From an uncultured archaeon (GTDB lineage Archaea > Altiarchaeota > Altiarchaeia > IMC4 > QMZM01): DNA of 64,000 nucleotides. A model generated the notes under the pieces. It had not been told where the DNA came from, searched no databases, and worked only from the letters and a program-made list of their open reading frames with translations. Position 1 is the first letter of the stretch; each line of letters opens with the position of its first letter. The position numbers and the translations under genes were made by a program. Where the stretch lies: positions 32,344-96,343 of the forward strand of contig CAZJVE010000003.1 of assembly GCA_964549685.1 (NCBI GenBank), in the 5' to 3' direction. This document shows, piece after piece, positions 10,502 through 18,404 of this stretch.

Positions 10502-10915
10502 TTACTTGTGCTTCTCTATCTCGCCCTTCTGCCATTCAACTGCAGCTTCGCCCTTCATGAGATTGTTCACATCATCAGGGCTGCTCATCTCAATCTTGAA
10601 TACCCAGCCCTCTCCGTAGGGGTCCTTGTTGATGGTGGTGGGGTCATCATACAGCTTCTCATTCGTCGCGGAAACCTTTCCTGAGACCGGGGCAAACATC
10701 TTTCCAACCCACTTGCCTGTTTCTATCGTTCCGACCTCGCCGTCCTGGGAAACCTCATCTCCATCAAAGGGCATCTCGACATAGCTAACGTCTCCCGCCA
10801 TCTTCTGCGCAAAGTCCGTAAAGCCAATAGTAGCAACGTTTCCTTCAATCTTCGCCCACATGTATTCCTTGTGATAATAAAGGTCATCGGGCATATTGTA
10901 TCCTTCAACGTCCAT
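10502..10915 (-). CDS. gcvH: GcvH-fold lipoyl-carrier protein (LbpA-like ETGKWVG motif)
   Basis: PDDLYY...W...GFTDFAQ...ETGKWVG...APVSG...NKDPYGEGW. Confidence 0.88.
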   Translation of the reverse strand: MDVEGYNMPDDLYYHKEYMWAKIEGNVATIGFTDFAQKMAGDVSYVEMPFDGDEVSQDGEVGTIETGKWVGKMFAPVSGKVSATNEKLYDDPTTINKDPYGEGWVFKIEMSSPDDVNNLMKGEAAVEWQKGEIEKHK

Positions 10916-10974
10916 TTTATCTCATCAGATCGTAATTATTATTAAGAACTGAGAATAAATAAAACTGAATCCAA

Positions 10975-11172
10975 ATGGCAGACATACCTCTAGCATCGGT
11001 AGAACGCCTGATGAGAAAGGCAGGAGCTGATAGGGTTAGCGTTGACGGGGCAAAGGAGCTGAGAGACACTCTGGAAGAGATTGGTAAGGGGATTAGCGAG
11101 AGAGCAGCAAAGTTCGCAAAGCACGCCGGCAGAAAGACGGTCAAGGCAGAGGACGTGAAGCTTGCAAAATAG
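10975..11172 (+). CDS. Archaeal histone (HMf type)
   Basis: IPLASVERLMRKAGADRVS...AKHAGRKTVKAED. Confidence 0.95.
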   Translation: MADIPLASVERLMRKAGADRVSVDGAKELRDTLEEIGKGISERAAKFAKHAGRKTVKAEDVKLAK

Positions 11173-11204
11173 ATTTAAAGTCCCGAATTCTAATCTCTAA
11201 CAGG

Positions 11205-11669
11205 ATGCAATCAAATTCCGGAAAGGCCCAGTCATCTGTCGAATATTCAATAATCTACAGCCTTGGTGTTGTGGTGATAATTCTTGCCATTATTATCGTG
11301 TGGCGGATGGATGCCTTCACTCCGGAGGCCCCGCTGAAGGGAAATGCCGGCTTCTCCCAGCTCGAGATTACGGATCAGGCAGCCTACGTGGACTCGAGCA
11401 GGCTTGTTCTTGCTGTGAGAAATGATGCAGGCAATGATATTAAGGTTACAAGGACTGATGCCAACATCGAGAGTATATACTGCTACAACTCTTCCCCGAT
11501 TACAATGACTCCGGGAATGAAAACGCTTGCAGACCTGAGGTGCTCAGATTTTCCAGACGACTATGTTGGGGGATCTTACTACAGGGCCAATGTAACCATA
11601 AATTACACAAACCTTGAAACGGGGAATATCCACTACAGCAAGGGCATGGTGTGGGGTGGGGTTGAATAG
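11205..11669 (+). CDS. Class III signal-peptide (type IV pilin-like) protein
   Basis: KAQSSVEY followed by a hydrophobic helix and a beta-rich domain with two Cys. Confidence 0.7.
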   Translation: MQSNSGKAQSSVEYSIIYSLGVVVIILAIIIVWRMDAFTPEAPLKGNAGFSQLEITDQAAYVDSSRLVLAVRNDAGNDIKVTRTDANIESIYCYNSSPITMTPGMKTLADLRCSDFPDDYVGGSYYRANVTINYTNLETGNIHYSKGMVWGGVE

Positions 11670-11700
11670 ATTTAATAACATAAAACAAAAATAATACGAA

Positions 11701-12729
11701 ATGGTAAAAGTAACGGTTGTTGGGGCATCCGGCTATCTTGGGGGTGAACTCCTCCGGGTTCTTGTGAATCATCCAAAGGTCAATGAGATAGAGGCTGTCT
11801 CAAGGACACATGCGGGGAAGGCAGTCTCTACAATACACAGTAATCTGGCGGACGTCTTTGACGAAAAATTTATGGATTTTAAGGCCGAGAAGATTGGCTC
11901 AGACGTTGTGTTCTTTGCCTCTCCCCCGGGGGAGTGGCTGAAGAAGGTCTCCATGCTTCTGGACAAGGGCATGAAGGTAATTACGCTGGGGGGGAAGTTC
12001 AGGATTCAGGATGCCGAGTTGGACGAGAGAATCTACCCCGACTATAAGAACAAAAGGCTCCTGGAGGAAAGGGTCTACGGTTTGCCTGAGGTATACAGAA
12101 AGGAGATAAAGAATGCAAGATTTGTTACAAACCCCGGCTGCTATCCAACCTCCGTAATCCTCGCCATGATGCCCCTGGCGAAGCTTGATGGGGATGTTGA
12201 GCTGGACAAGGTTGTGATAAACTCAGTCTCCGGAAGCTCCGGGGCCGGGGCAGACACATCCAAATTTTTACACCACCCGGAGGTCTCCGGGAATCTCAGG
12301 CCATACAAGCTATTTGTGCATAGACACAAACCGGAGATGGACTTCATCCTTGGGGATGTGTTCAATGCAACGGTGAATGCCCTCTTCACCCCCTCGGTGG
12401 GGGACTTCGCGAGGGGAATTCTGAGCTATGTAACCGTCTTTTCGGCGGGAATCAATGAGAATTTAACAAAGCATTACAGGGAATTCTACGCCAAGGAGCC
12501 GTTCGTCAGGATTATCGACCAGGACATTGAGAACGTTCCAAATCTCAAGGACGTTATTGGCACGAATTTCTGCGACGTTGGGGTGAATTTCAACTCTGAC
12601 AGGATTATCATTCTGAGCGCGATAGACAACCTGCTGAAAGGGGGTTCAGGCCAGGCAGTCCAGAACATGAACCTGATGCTCGGCTTTGATGAAAAGGCGG
12701 GGCTGAACCTGGTCGGGGGGCGTCCCTAA
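11701..12729 (+). CDS. argC: N-acetyl-gamma-glutamyl-phosphate reductase (ArgC/LysY family)
   Basis: GASGYLGGEL, YGLPE, NPGCYPT, SGSSGAG, HRHxPE, IDNLLKGGSGQAVQNMN. Confidence 0.92.
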   Translation: MVKVTVVGASGYLGGELLRVLVNHPKVNEIEAVSRTHAGKAVSTIHSNLADVFDEKFMDFKAEKIGSDVVFFASPPGEWLKKVSMLLDKGMKVITLGGKFRIQDAELDERIYPDYKNKRLLEERVYGLPEVYRKEIKNARFVTNPGCYPTSVILAMMPLAKLDGDVELDKVVINSVSGSSGAGADTSKFLHHPEVSGNLRPYKLFVHRHKPEMDFILGDVFNATVNALFTPSVGDFARGILSYVTVFSAGINENLTKHYREFYAKEPFVRIIDQDIENVPNLKDVIGTNFCDVGVNFNSDRIIILSAIDNLLKGGSGQAVQNMNLMLGFDEKAGLNLVGGRP

Positions 12730-12770
12730 AGCATATTTTAACCCTTAATCGAATAAATAAAAACTTTAAG

Positions 12771-13193
12771 ATGGCAATAGCAAACTTCAGGCTTGAGAAG
12801 ATAGCCGGTGAGAGAAATGATAAGGATGCGAAGAACGTAGAAGTAGTCTCGAACTTTAAGATAAGGTCCATGAGTAAGGAGAAGAACAAACGGATGGGCG
12901 ATTATCTCAGGGTGAATTTTGAGTTCGACATAAGCTACAAACCCTCTCTCGGCAAGATTGAGATGGAGGGCGTCCTCTGGTATCAGGATTCTGACCTCAA
13001 CAAGAACGTGAAGGACAAGGGGAAGAAGTTCGAGCTGGATTCCAAGGTAGTGAAGGAGATTTCCACCGCAATCATAAGGGAGTCGCTACTGGAGTCTCTT
13101 GACGTGTCGAAAAAGCTGAGGCTTCCAGCGCCGATAAGGCTGCCCAAGGTCAACGTGGAACCAAAGCAGGTGGAGTTTCTGAAGGCTTCGTGA
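12771..13193 (+). CDS. Conserved archaeal hypothetical protein (possibly SecB-like fold)
   Basis: Beta-strand pattern FEFDISY...IEMEG, a C-terminal helix and LPAPIRLP; clean ORF. Confidence 0.6.
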   Translation: MAIANFRLEKIAGERNDKDAKNVEVVSNFKIRSMSKEKNKRMGDYLRVNFEFDISYKPSLGKIEMEGVLWYQDSDLNKNVKDKGKKFELDSKVVKEISTAIIRESLLESLDVSKKLRLPAPIRLPKVNVEPKQVEFLKAS

Positions 13194-13288
13194 GTTTCCT
13201 GATGCACATCTAATTCTGGGGAATTCCTTTGTGTTAATGGACAATTCTTGCTAGTTAGTTATTTATTCCAGAAATAGTATATTATCAT

Positions 13289-13426
13289 ATGGTGGAGGGC
13301 CTGTGCGACATCTGCGGCGGGGCAGCAGCGATTCAAAGCTGCAAGCTCTGCGGAAAGAGGATATGTTCTTCGTGCATGACCGAGAGAGGGGTCTGTAAGG
13401 TCTGTCTGTCAGGGATGAAATACTAA
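13289..13426 (+). CDS. 45-aa zinc-finger microprotein (four CxxC), not in the ORF track
   Basis: Manual translation MVEGLCDICGGAAAIQSCKLCGKRICSSCMTERGVCKVCLSGMKY*; ends 1 nt before the next ATG. Confidence 0.8.
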   Translation: MVEGLCDICGGAAAIQSCKLCGKRICSSCMTERGVCKVCLSGMKY

Positions 13427-13427
13427 A

Positions 13428-14417
13428 ATGAGAGTTTGTCTCTATCTTGAGCTTGAATCGAAGATGAGGGGGAGCGGAATCGGAGCCGCCATAAAGAACC
13501 AGAGGAGAGGGTTGGAGCTGAATGATGTCGAATATACGAGCGACCTGAATGAAGAATTCGACATCCTCCATACGAATTCTATCGGCCTGAACTCTCTCAG
13601 AGTGGCTAGAGGGATGAAGAAAAAGGGGAAGAAGGTCGTCATGCATGCCCATACAACGGCAGATGATTTCAGGAACAGCTACAGGTTCAGCAATGTCATA
13701 GCGCCCTTTCTCAAAAAATATCTCAACTACTATTATAACCACGCCGACCTCGTTCTTTGCCCCTCAGAGTATACGAAGGGCGTGCTAGAGAAGGCGGGGG
13801 TTAAAGCCCCCATAATACCGATAAGCAACGGCATAGACATAGAGAGGTTTAAGTTCTCCAAGAAGAAGAGGAGGGAATTCAGAAAAGAGTTTGAACTGGA
13901 GGGAATTACTCCCCTCTCAGTTGGCCATGTATTCAGGAGGAAAGGTGTATCGACCTTCACCCGTCTCGCTGAAAGGCTTCCCAACAGATTCGTCTGGGTC
14001 GGCAGGAGATACAAGAGGATGGAGGACCCCTCAATTGCCAAGCTGATAAAGAACGCGCCCAGTAACTTCATACTCATACATTTCATCAAGGACATTGTCT
14101 CTGCCTATTCGGGCTCGGACATATTTCTGTTTCCCAGCCACTGCGAGAACCAGGGCATAGTTATTCTGGAGGCGAGCTCCTGCAGGATGCCCATTATAGT
14201 AAGGGATTTGCCAGTCTATAAGGGCTGGTTGGAAGATGGAGTTAATTGTCTCAAGGCCAGGAACGAAGGGGATTTCAAGAAAAAACTGAAAATATTGATA
14301 GAGGACGAGAAACTAAGAGATAAACTGGCCAAGAACGCCTACAAGATGTCGAGGGAGCACTCCCTCCAGAAGGTAGGTAAAAAACTCAAGGAGATATACT
14401 CTGGGCTTCTGGAATAG
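13428..14417 (+). CDS. GT4 glycosyltransferase (glycolipid synthase-like)
   Basis: HAHTTADDF, CPSEY, ISNGID, FLFPSHCENQGIVILEA. Confidence 0.88.
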   Translation: MRVCLYLELESKMRGSGIGAAIKNQRRGLELNDVEYTSDLNEEFDILHTNSIGLNSLRVARGMKKKGKKVVMHAHTTADDFRNSYRFSNVIAPFLKKYLNYYYNHADLVLCPSEYTKGVLEKAGVKAPIIPISNGIDIERFKFSKKKRREFRKEFELEGITPLSVGHVFRRKGVSTFTRLAERLPNRFVWVGRRYKRMEDPSIAKLIKNAPSNFILIHFIKDIVSAYSGSDIFLFPSHCENQGIVILEASSCRMPIIVRDLPVYKGWLEDGVNCLKARNEGDFKKKLKILIEDEKLRDKLAKNAYKMSREHSLQKVGKKLKEIYSGLLE

Positions 14418-16551
14418 TCAGCGGCTCTGGTACAGGGATAATCTCGGCCTCCAGGTTCTTTTTCTCGGTTATGTCCTCAACAATAGCCACCAGACCAGTA
14501 ACCTTACCCTTCATATCCATTAGAGGAAACACCTTCAGCCTTGCAAAAATCCTCTTTCCCCAGTGGGATACGTACTCCTTCTCGAGGTCGAATTCCTTTC
14601 CCTCCATAAGGACCTTCTTGAATACCTTGTCCAGGCCAGCTTTCTTTATGGCAGCCAGTTTGAAGAGATTGAGGCTCTTTGTCTTCTCCTCAGAGGGACT
14701 TCCTAGGATTTGGATAATGGCAGGATTTGTATGTATTATATTCCCTTCTTTATCCCCTGTCAGAATCCCAAAAGGCGCGTTGTCTATAACGCTCCTTTTA
14801 AGCTCGTTGAGATATTTTATCCGGTTCTCGGCCCCTTTGCGCTCGGTTATGTCTTCAACCATCCCAAGGACTGTTTTTTCACCGTTGATAGTGACTACTT
14901 TAGTCCGGACTTCAATGGACTTCGTAGTACCATCTTTCCTGCTTATCTCAAACTCATCAGGACCCGTTGGCTTCCCCATTCTATTTAGGGTAAGTAGCTT
15001 TGTTGCCTTGAGGACGTCTTTTGAACTGAGAAGCTTAAGTTCCAGAAAGTTCTTGCCAACCAATTCGTTGGATTCATAACCCACTATTTCTTCAGCTTTT
15101 TTATTGCCATAAAGGAAGGCTCCATTCATGTCGTTATAATAGATTCCAATAGGTGCATTCTCCGTAAGGATCCTGAACCTGTCCTCTGAATTCTTAAGTG
15201 CATCCTCCGCCTTCTTGCGCTCGGTGATGTCTCTGAATATCCCCTGAATCACTGGTTTTCCCCTGATTAAAGTAACGGATGCCGATATGTGAACCGGTTT
15301 TATCTTTCCTGACTTGGTTATTATCTCGGCCTCGTCGTCAACGGCCCCTTTTCGTTCTATATGCTCTTTGAACTGGTTGCTGTAATATTCCGATTTTTCC
15401 GGGGAATGGAGCTTTGTTTGATGTAGTCCAATAATCTCGTGCCTTTCTCTCTCCAAAAGGGTTTCTGCCGCCCTATTACAGTTGGTAATCAGGCCGGTCT
15501 TGGGGTCTGCCCAGAAGATTGCGTCCTTTGCATTCTCGAATGTTAGCCTGAATTCCTCCTCGCTCTCCCGCACTGCCTCCCTCGCCTCCTTGCGCTCGGT
15601 GATGTCCCGTGTAGTAGCAATAAAGGCATTTGGTTTCCCATTGGCATCTTTAATCAGTGCGGCGTTCAATTCACCGGTAAAGGTGGTTCCATCTTTCCTC
15701 AGTAAGGTATATTCCAACCCCCTTGAAACCCCTTCCGTGAGGGTTTTCTGGAGATTTGCAGCCGCATTTTCGTGGTCTTCTGGAGATATAAATTCAAAGG
15801 CGTTTTTTCCGATTAACTCCTTGGTCTTTTTGAAACCATGTATTTCAAGTGTTCGCTGGGATACGTAAGTAATATTCCCCTCCAAATCGGTTACAGTCAC
15901 TGCCTCAGGGGAGGTTTTTACCAGCGTCTTATACATTTCCTCTGACCCCCGCATCGCCTCCTCCGCCCGTTTCATCTCGGTTATGTCCCTAACCATCTCA
16001 ATGACGGACACGCTTCCGTCGGGGTTCTTCATTGGCGAAGCAATCAGGTCATATGACTTGTCATCTTTGTCTGTTGCCTGGTATCTCATCGGGGCCAGGT
16101 TTCCTTTATGCAGAATTTCTGTGACCGGGCATTTTACGCATGGTTCGTCCCGCCCTATAAAGGCCTTGTAGCACTTCTCTCCAACCCTGTTGCCAAATTT
16201 TTTGATAAGGGACTCGTTCATGAACTCAATCTCATAGTTTTCGTTCTCTACCACTATGCCATCGGGCATTGTAGACAGGATATGCCCAAGGGTTGTTTTC
16301 AGGCCAGTGTCAACAATATCCTTTGATCCATTTGAAACGCCATGTAGTGGGGACTTCTCTATGAACCATATCTTCCCCATGCCTGCTCTCTTGAAGCCTA
16401 TCTTACCCTCGGCATTCAGTATATTAAGATACTTGGCGAGGGTGTGCCGGTTGATTCCCAGCGCTTTTGAGATTTCGGTGGATGAGGCCCCGTGCAGGCC
16501 GTGCTCCTTTATGCAGCCGATAATCCTCTCCTCGATATCTGAAGATTTCAT
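14386..16551 (-). CDS. Winged-HTH plus five PAS domains (one-component sensor)
   Basis: N-terminal SSTEISKALGINRHTLAKYL; five PAS/PAC units ending in DITE(R/K/M)K; no kinase domain. Confidence 0.85.
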   Translation of the reverse strand: MKSSDIEERIIGCIKEHGLHGASSTEISKALGINRHTLAKYLNILNAEGKIGFKRAGMGKIWFIEKSPLHGVSNGSKDIVDTGLKTTLGHILSTMPDGIVVENENYEIEFMNESLIKKFGNRVGEKCYKAFIGRDEPCVKCPVTEILHKGNLAPMRYQATDKDDKSYDLIASPMKNPDGSVSVIEMVRDITEMKRAEEAMRGSEEMYKTLVKTSPEAVTVTDLEGNITYVSQRTLEIHGFKKTKELIGKNAFEFISPEDHENAAANLQKTLTEGVSRGLEYTLLRKDGTTFTGELNAALIKDANGKPNAFIATTRDITERKEAREAVRESEEEFRLTFENAKDAIFWADPKTGLITNCNRAAETLLERERHEIIGLHQTKLHSPEKSEYYSNQFKEHIERKGAVDDEAEIITKSGKIKPVHISASVTLIRGKPVIQGIFRDITERKKAEDALKNSEDRFRILTENAPIGIYYNDMNGAFLYGNKKAEEIVGYESNELVGKNFLELKLLSSKDVLKATKLLTLNRMGKPTGPDEFEISRKDGTTKSIEVRTKVVTINGEKTVLGMVEDITERKGAENRIKYLNELKRSVIDNAPFGILTGDKEGNIIHTNPAIIQILGSPSEEKTKSLNLFKLAAIKKAGLDKVFKKVLMEGKEFDLEKEYVSHWGKRIFARLKVFPLMDMKGKVTGLVAIVEDITEKKNLEAEIIPVPEPLTIPEAQSISP

Positions 16552-16592
16552 CTTCCCTTGGTTAGATTAATATTCCAATGAACATTAAAATC

Positions 16593-16850
16593 CTATCTAT
16601 GTGATGCCCTGCGGTTCTTGAACCACAGTTTTGTGCCTCCCGAGGTCTCAATCCTTCTCGATGCTATGGCGTTCCTTATCCTGGGTTTCAGCTCATCGAG
16701 AACGCCATTATTGCTATCCTCGAGAGCAGTAAGAATAATGGATATCAACTCCTGAAATTCATCATCGTCACTATATCTTTTTGAATAACCAGTGCATACC
16801 TCTTCCAGGCGCTCCGTCCTGTTCCTCTCCAAAAGGCTTAGCACGTCCAT
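16593..16850 (-). CDS. Small hypothetical protein (85 aa)
   Basis: Likely start MDVLSLLER at 16850 (upstream sequence looks promoter-like); same strand as the PAS gene. Confidence 0.5.
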   Translation of the reverse strand: MDVLSLLERNRTERLEEVCTGYSKRYSDDDEFQELISIILTALEDSNNGVLDELKPRIRNAIASRRIETSGGTKLWFKNRRASHR

Positions 16851-16899
16851 GAAGATATAGTGGCTTGCTAAGACCATTATAATGACCACCCACCCCATT

Positions 16900-16953
16900 G
16901 TATTGGTTACCAATACTGGTAACCAACAGAGTATATATGGATATACATATATA
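16900..16953. promoter_or_regulatory. Palindromic operator-like sites in a divergent promoter
   Basis: GTATTGGT-T-ACCAATAC (16900-16916), a second TGGTAACCA (16917-16925), and TATATATG-N6-CATATATA (16932-16953). Confidence 0.55.
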
Positions 16954-16979
16954 AAAGGGGGAAATTCCATTATTTAATA

Positions 16980-17636
16980 ATGGCAAAATTCGACAGAAGG
17001 GAATTTCCATCCCTGTTGCTGGTTATATTGATGTTTGTATTTGGTTTTGCCCTGTCAGCTGAATTCCCGTCCAGTGTCCCGACGCAGTGGAATGTGTGGG
17101 GCGAGATAATAGGCTACGGTTCAAGCAATCAGGCCCTCTTCGTTATACCGCTGATAAGCCTTATCACTTACATAATCCTGAGTGTCATCCCGAAGATAGC
17201 AGTGATGAAGACGAACATGGAGCTCTTCCTGGACTACATCTTCAGGATAAAGGCGGCCATAATTCTCTTCTTCTTCGGGCTGTACATGAGCAGCGTTCTG
17301 AATTCCCTTGGCTATGAATTCAACATGAGCTACTACATAATACCCTCGCTTGCCGTCCTCCTCTATTATATCGGCTGGATTCTGCAGTACTCGAAGAGGA
17401 ACTTCTTCATAGGTATAAAGACCCCGTGGACGCTCTCGGATGACAGGGTATGGGAAAACACCCACAGGATTGGGAGTATCACACTCAGGATAAACGCCGC
17501 GCTTCTCCTCCTTGCATTGCTTTTCCCGAACGTGATTCTCATAATATTCACTGTTCCGGTAATACTGAACTTTGTCTTCTTCTGGGTTTTCTCCTACTGG
17601 GAATATCGAAGGCTTGGCCTCAACAAGCATGCTTGA
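16980..17636 (+). CDS. SdpI/DUF1648 family membrane immunity-like protein
   Basis: PSSVPTQWN...G; RNFFIGIKTPWTLSDDRVWENTHR motif. Confidence 0.88.
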   Translation: MAKFDRREFPSLLLVILMFVFGFALSAEFPSSVPTQWNVWGEIIGYGSSNQALFVIPLISLITYIILSVIPKIAVMKTNMELFLDYIFRIKAAIILFFFGLYMSSVLNSLGYEFNMSYYIIPSLAVLLYYIGWILQYSKRNFFIGIKTPWTLSDDRVWENTHRIGSITLRINAALLLLALLFPNVILIIFTVPVILNFVFFWVFSYWEYRRLGLNKHA

Positions 17637-17675
17637 TTCGGTGAAAACCGAAGAAAACCGAAATCGCTTTATATA
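17637..17675 (+). promoter_or_regulatory. Operator-like palindrome and TATA box upstream of the ArsR-like gene
   Basis: TTCGGT-GAAA-ACCGAA (17637-17652), tandem GAAAACCGAA x2 (17643-17662), TTTATATA (17668-17675) 26 nt before the ATG. Confidence 0.6.
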
Positions 17676-17701
17676 TTCCTGGAGCATAGATTATTGGTAG
17701 A

Positions 17702-18400
17702 ATGCAAGACAAGATAACTCTGGACAGGGAGACCTTCAAGGCCCTTGCGATGGACACCAGAGTCAAGATATTGAAGAGGCTGGACGAGAACTACCAGTAC
17801 ACGCTGACGGACCTGGCCAGTGAAATGGACATGGCCCCCTCCACCATCAAGGAGCACCTGGACAAACTGCTCGAGGTGGGGCTGATTAAGCAGGTGGAAA
17901 GAGGGAAAAAATGGAAATATTACCGCCTTACTGACAAGGGGAAGAAGATTCTCAATCCGTATGAGAAAAGGGTGATGATAGTCCTTGCAGCAACGATGCT
18001 CTTCCTATTCGGCGTCGTCTACCGCCTTATCTACCTGATGGGCGGTCTTGTTAAGCCAGTAATTGTGCAGCAGGTTCCTGGCATACTTGCGGGGACTGCC
18101 AAGAAGGAGACAGCGCTCGACCTCACCAGGGGAGCCGAGAAGGCGCTGACTACTGTTCCTGCCGATAGTATGGAGTACGCCGACACTGCGCTTAGTGCCG
18201 CGGAGGAGGGCGCGGCGGAGACAACGACCACGGTAATTGCAACTGTTGAAGAAGCGGCGAGTACAATAATAGAAACAACGACCATACCGGCAGAATTCCC
18301 GGTCATGGAGCTTCCCTATGCCGAATTAGTCCTCGCACTGGTTCTTACCCTAATTGCAGGGATATGCATAGGATATTTAGTCAGGAGGAGAATAACTTAA
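17702..18400 (+). CDS. Membrane-anchored ArsR-family winged-HTH regulator
   Basis: FKALAMDTRVKILKRL...STIKEHLDKL...KYYRLT; two TM helices flanking an Ala/Thr/Glu-rich loop. Confidence 0.82.
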   Translation: MQDKITLDRETFKALAMDTRVKILKRLDENYQYTLTDLASEMDMAPSTIKEHLDKLLEVGLIKQVERGKKWKYYRLTDKGKKILNPYEKRVMIVLAATMLFLFGVVYRLIYLMGGLVKPVIVQQVPGILAGTAKKETALDLTRGAEKALTTVPADSMEYADTALSAAEEGAAETTTTVIATVEEAASTIIETTTIPAEFPVMELPYAELVLALVLTLIAGICIGYLVRRRIT

Positions 18401-18404
18401 TGTC

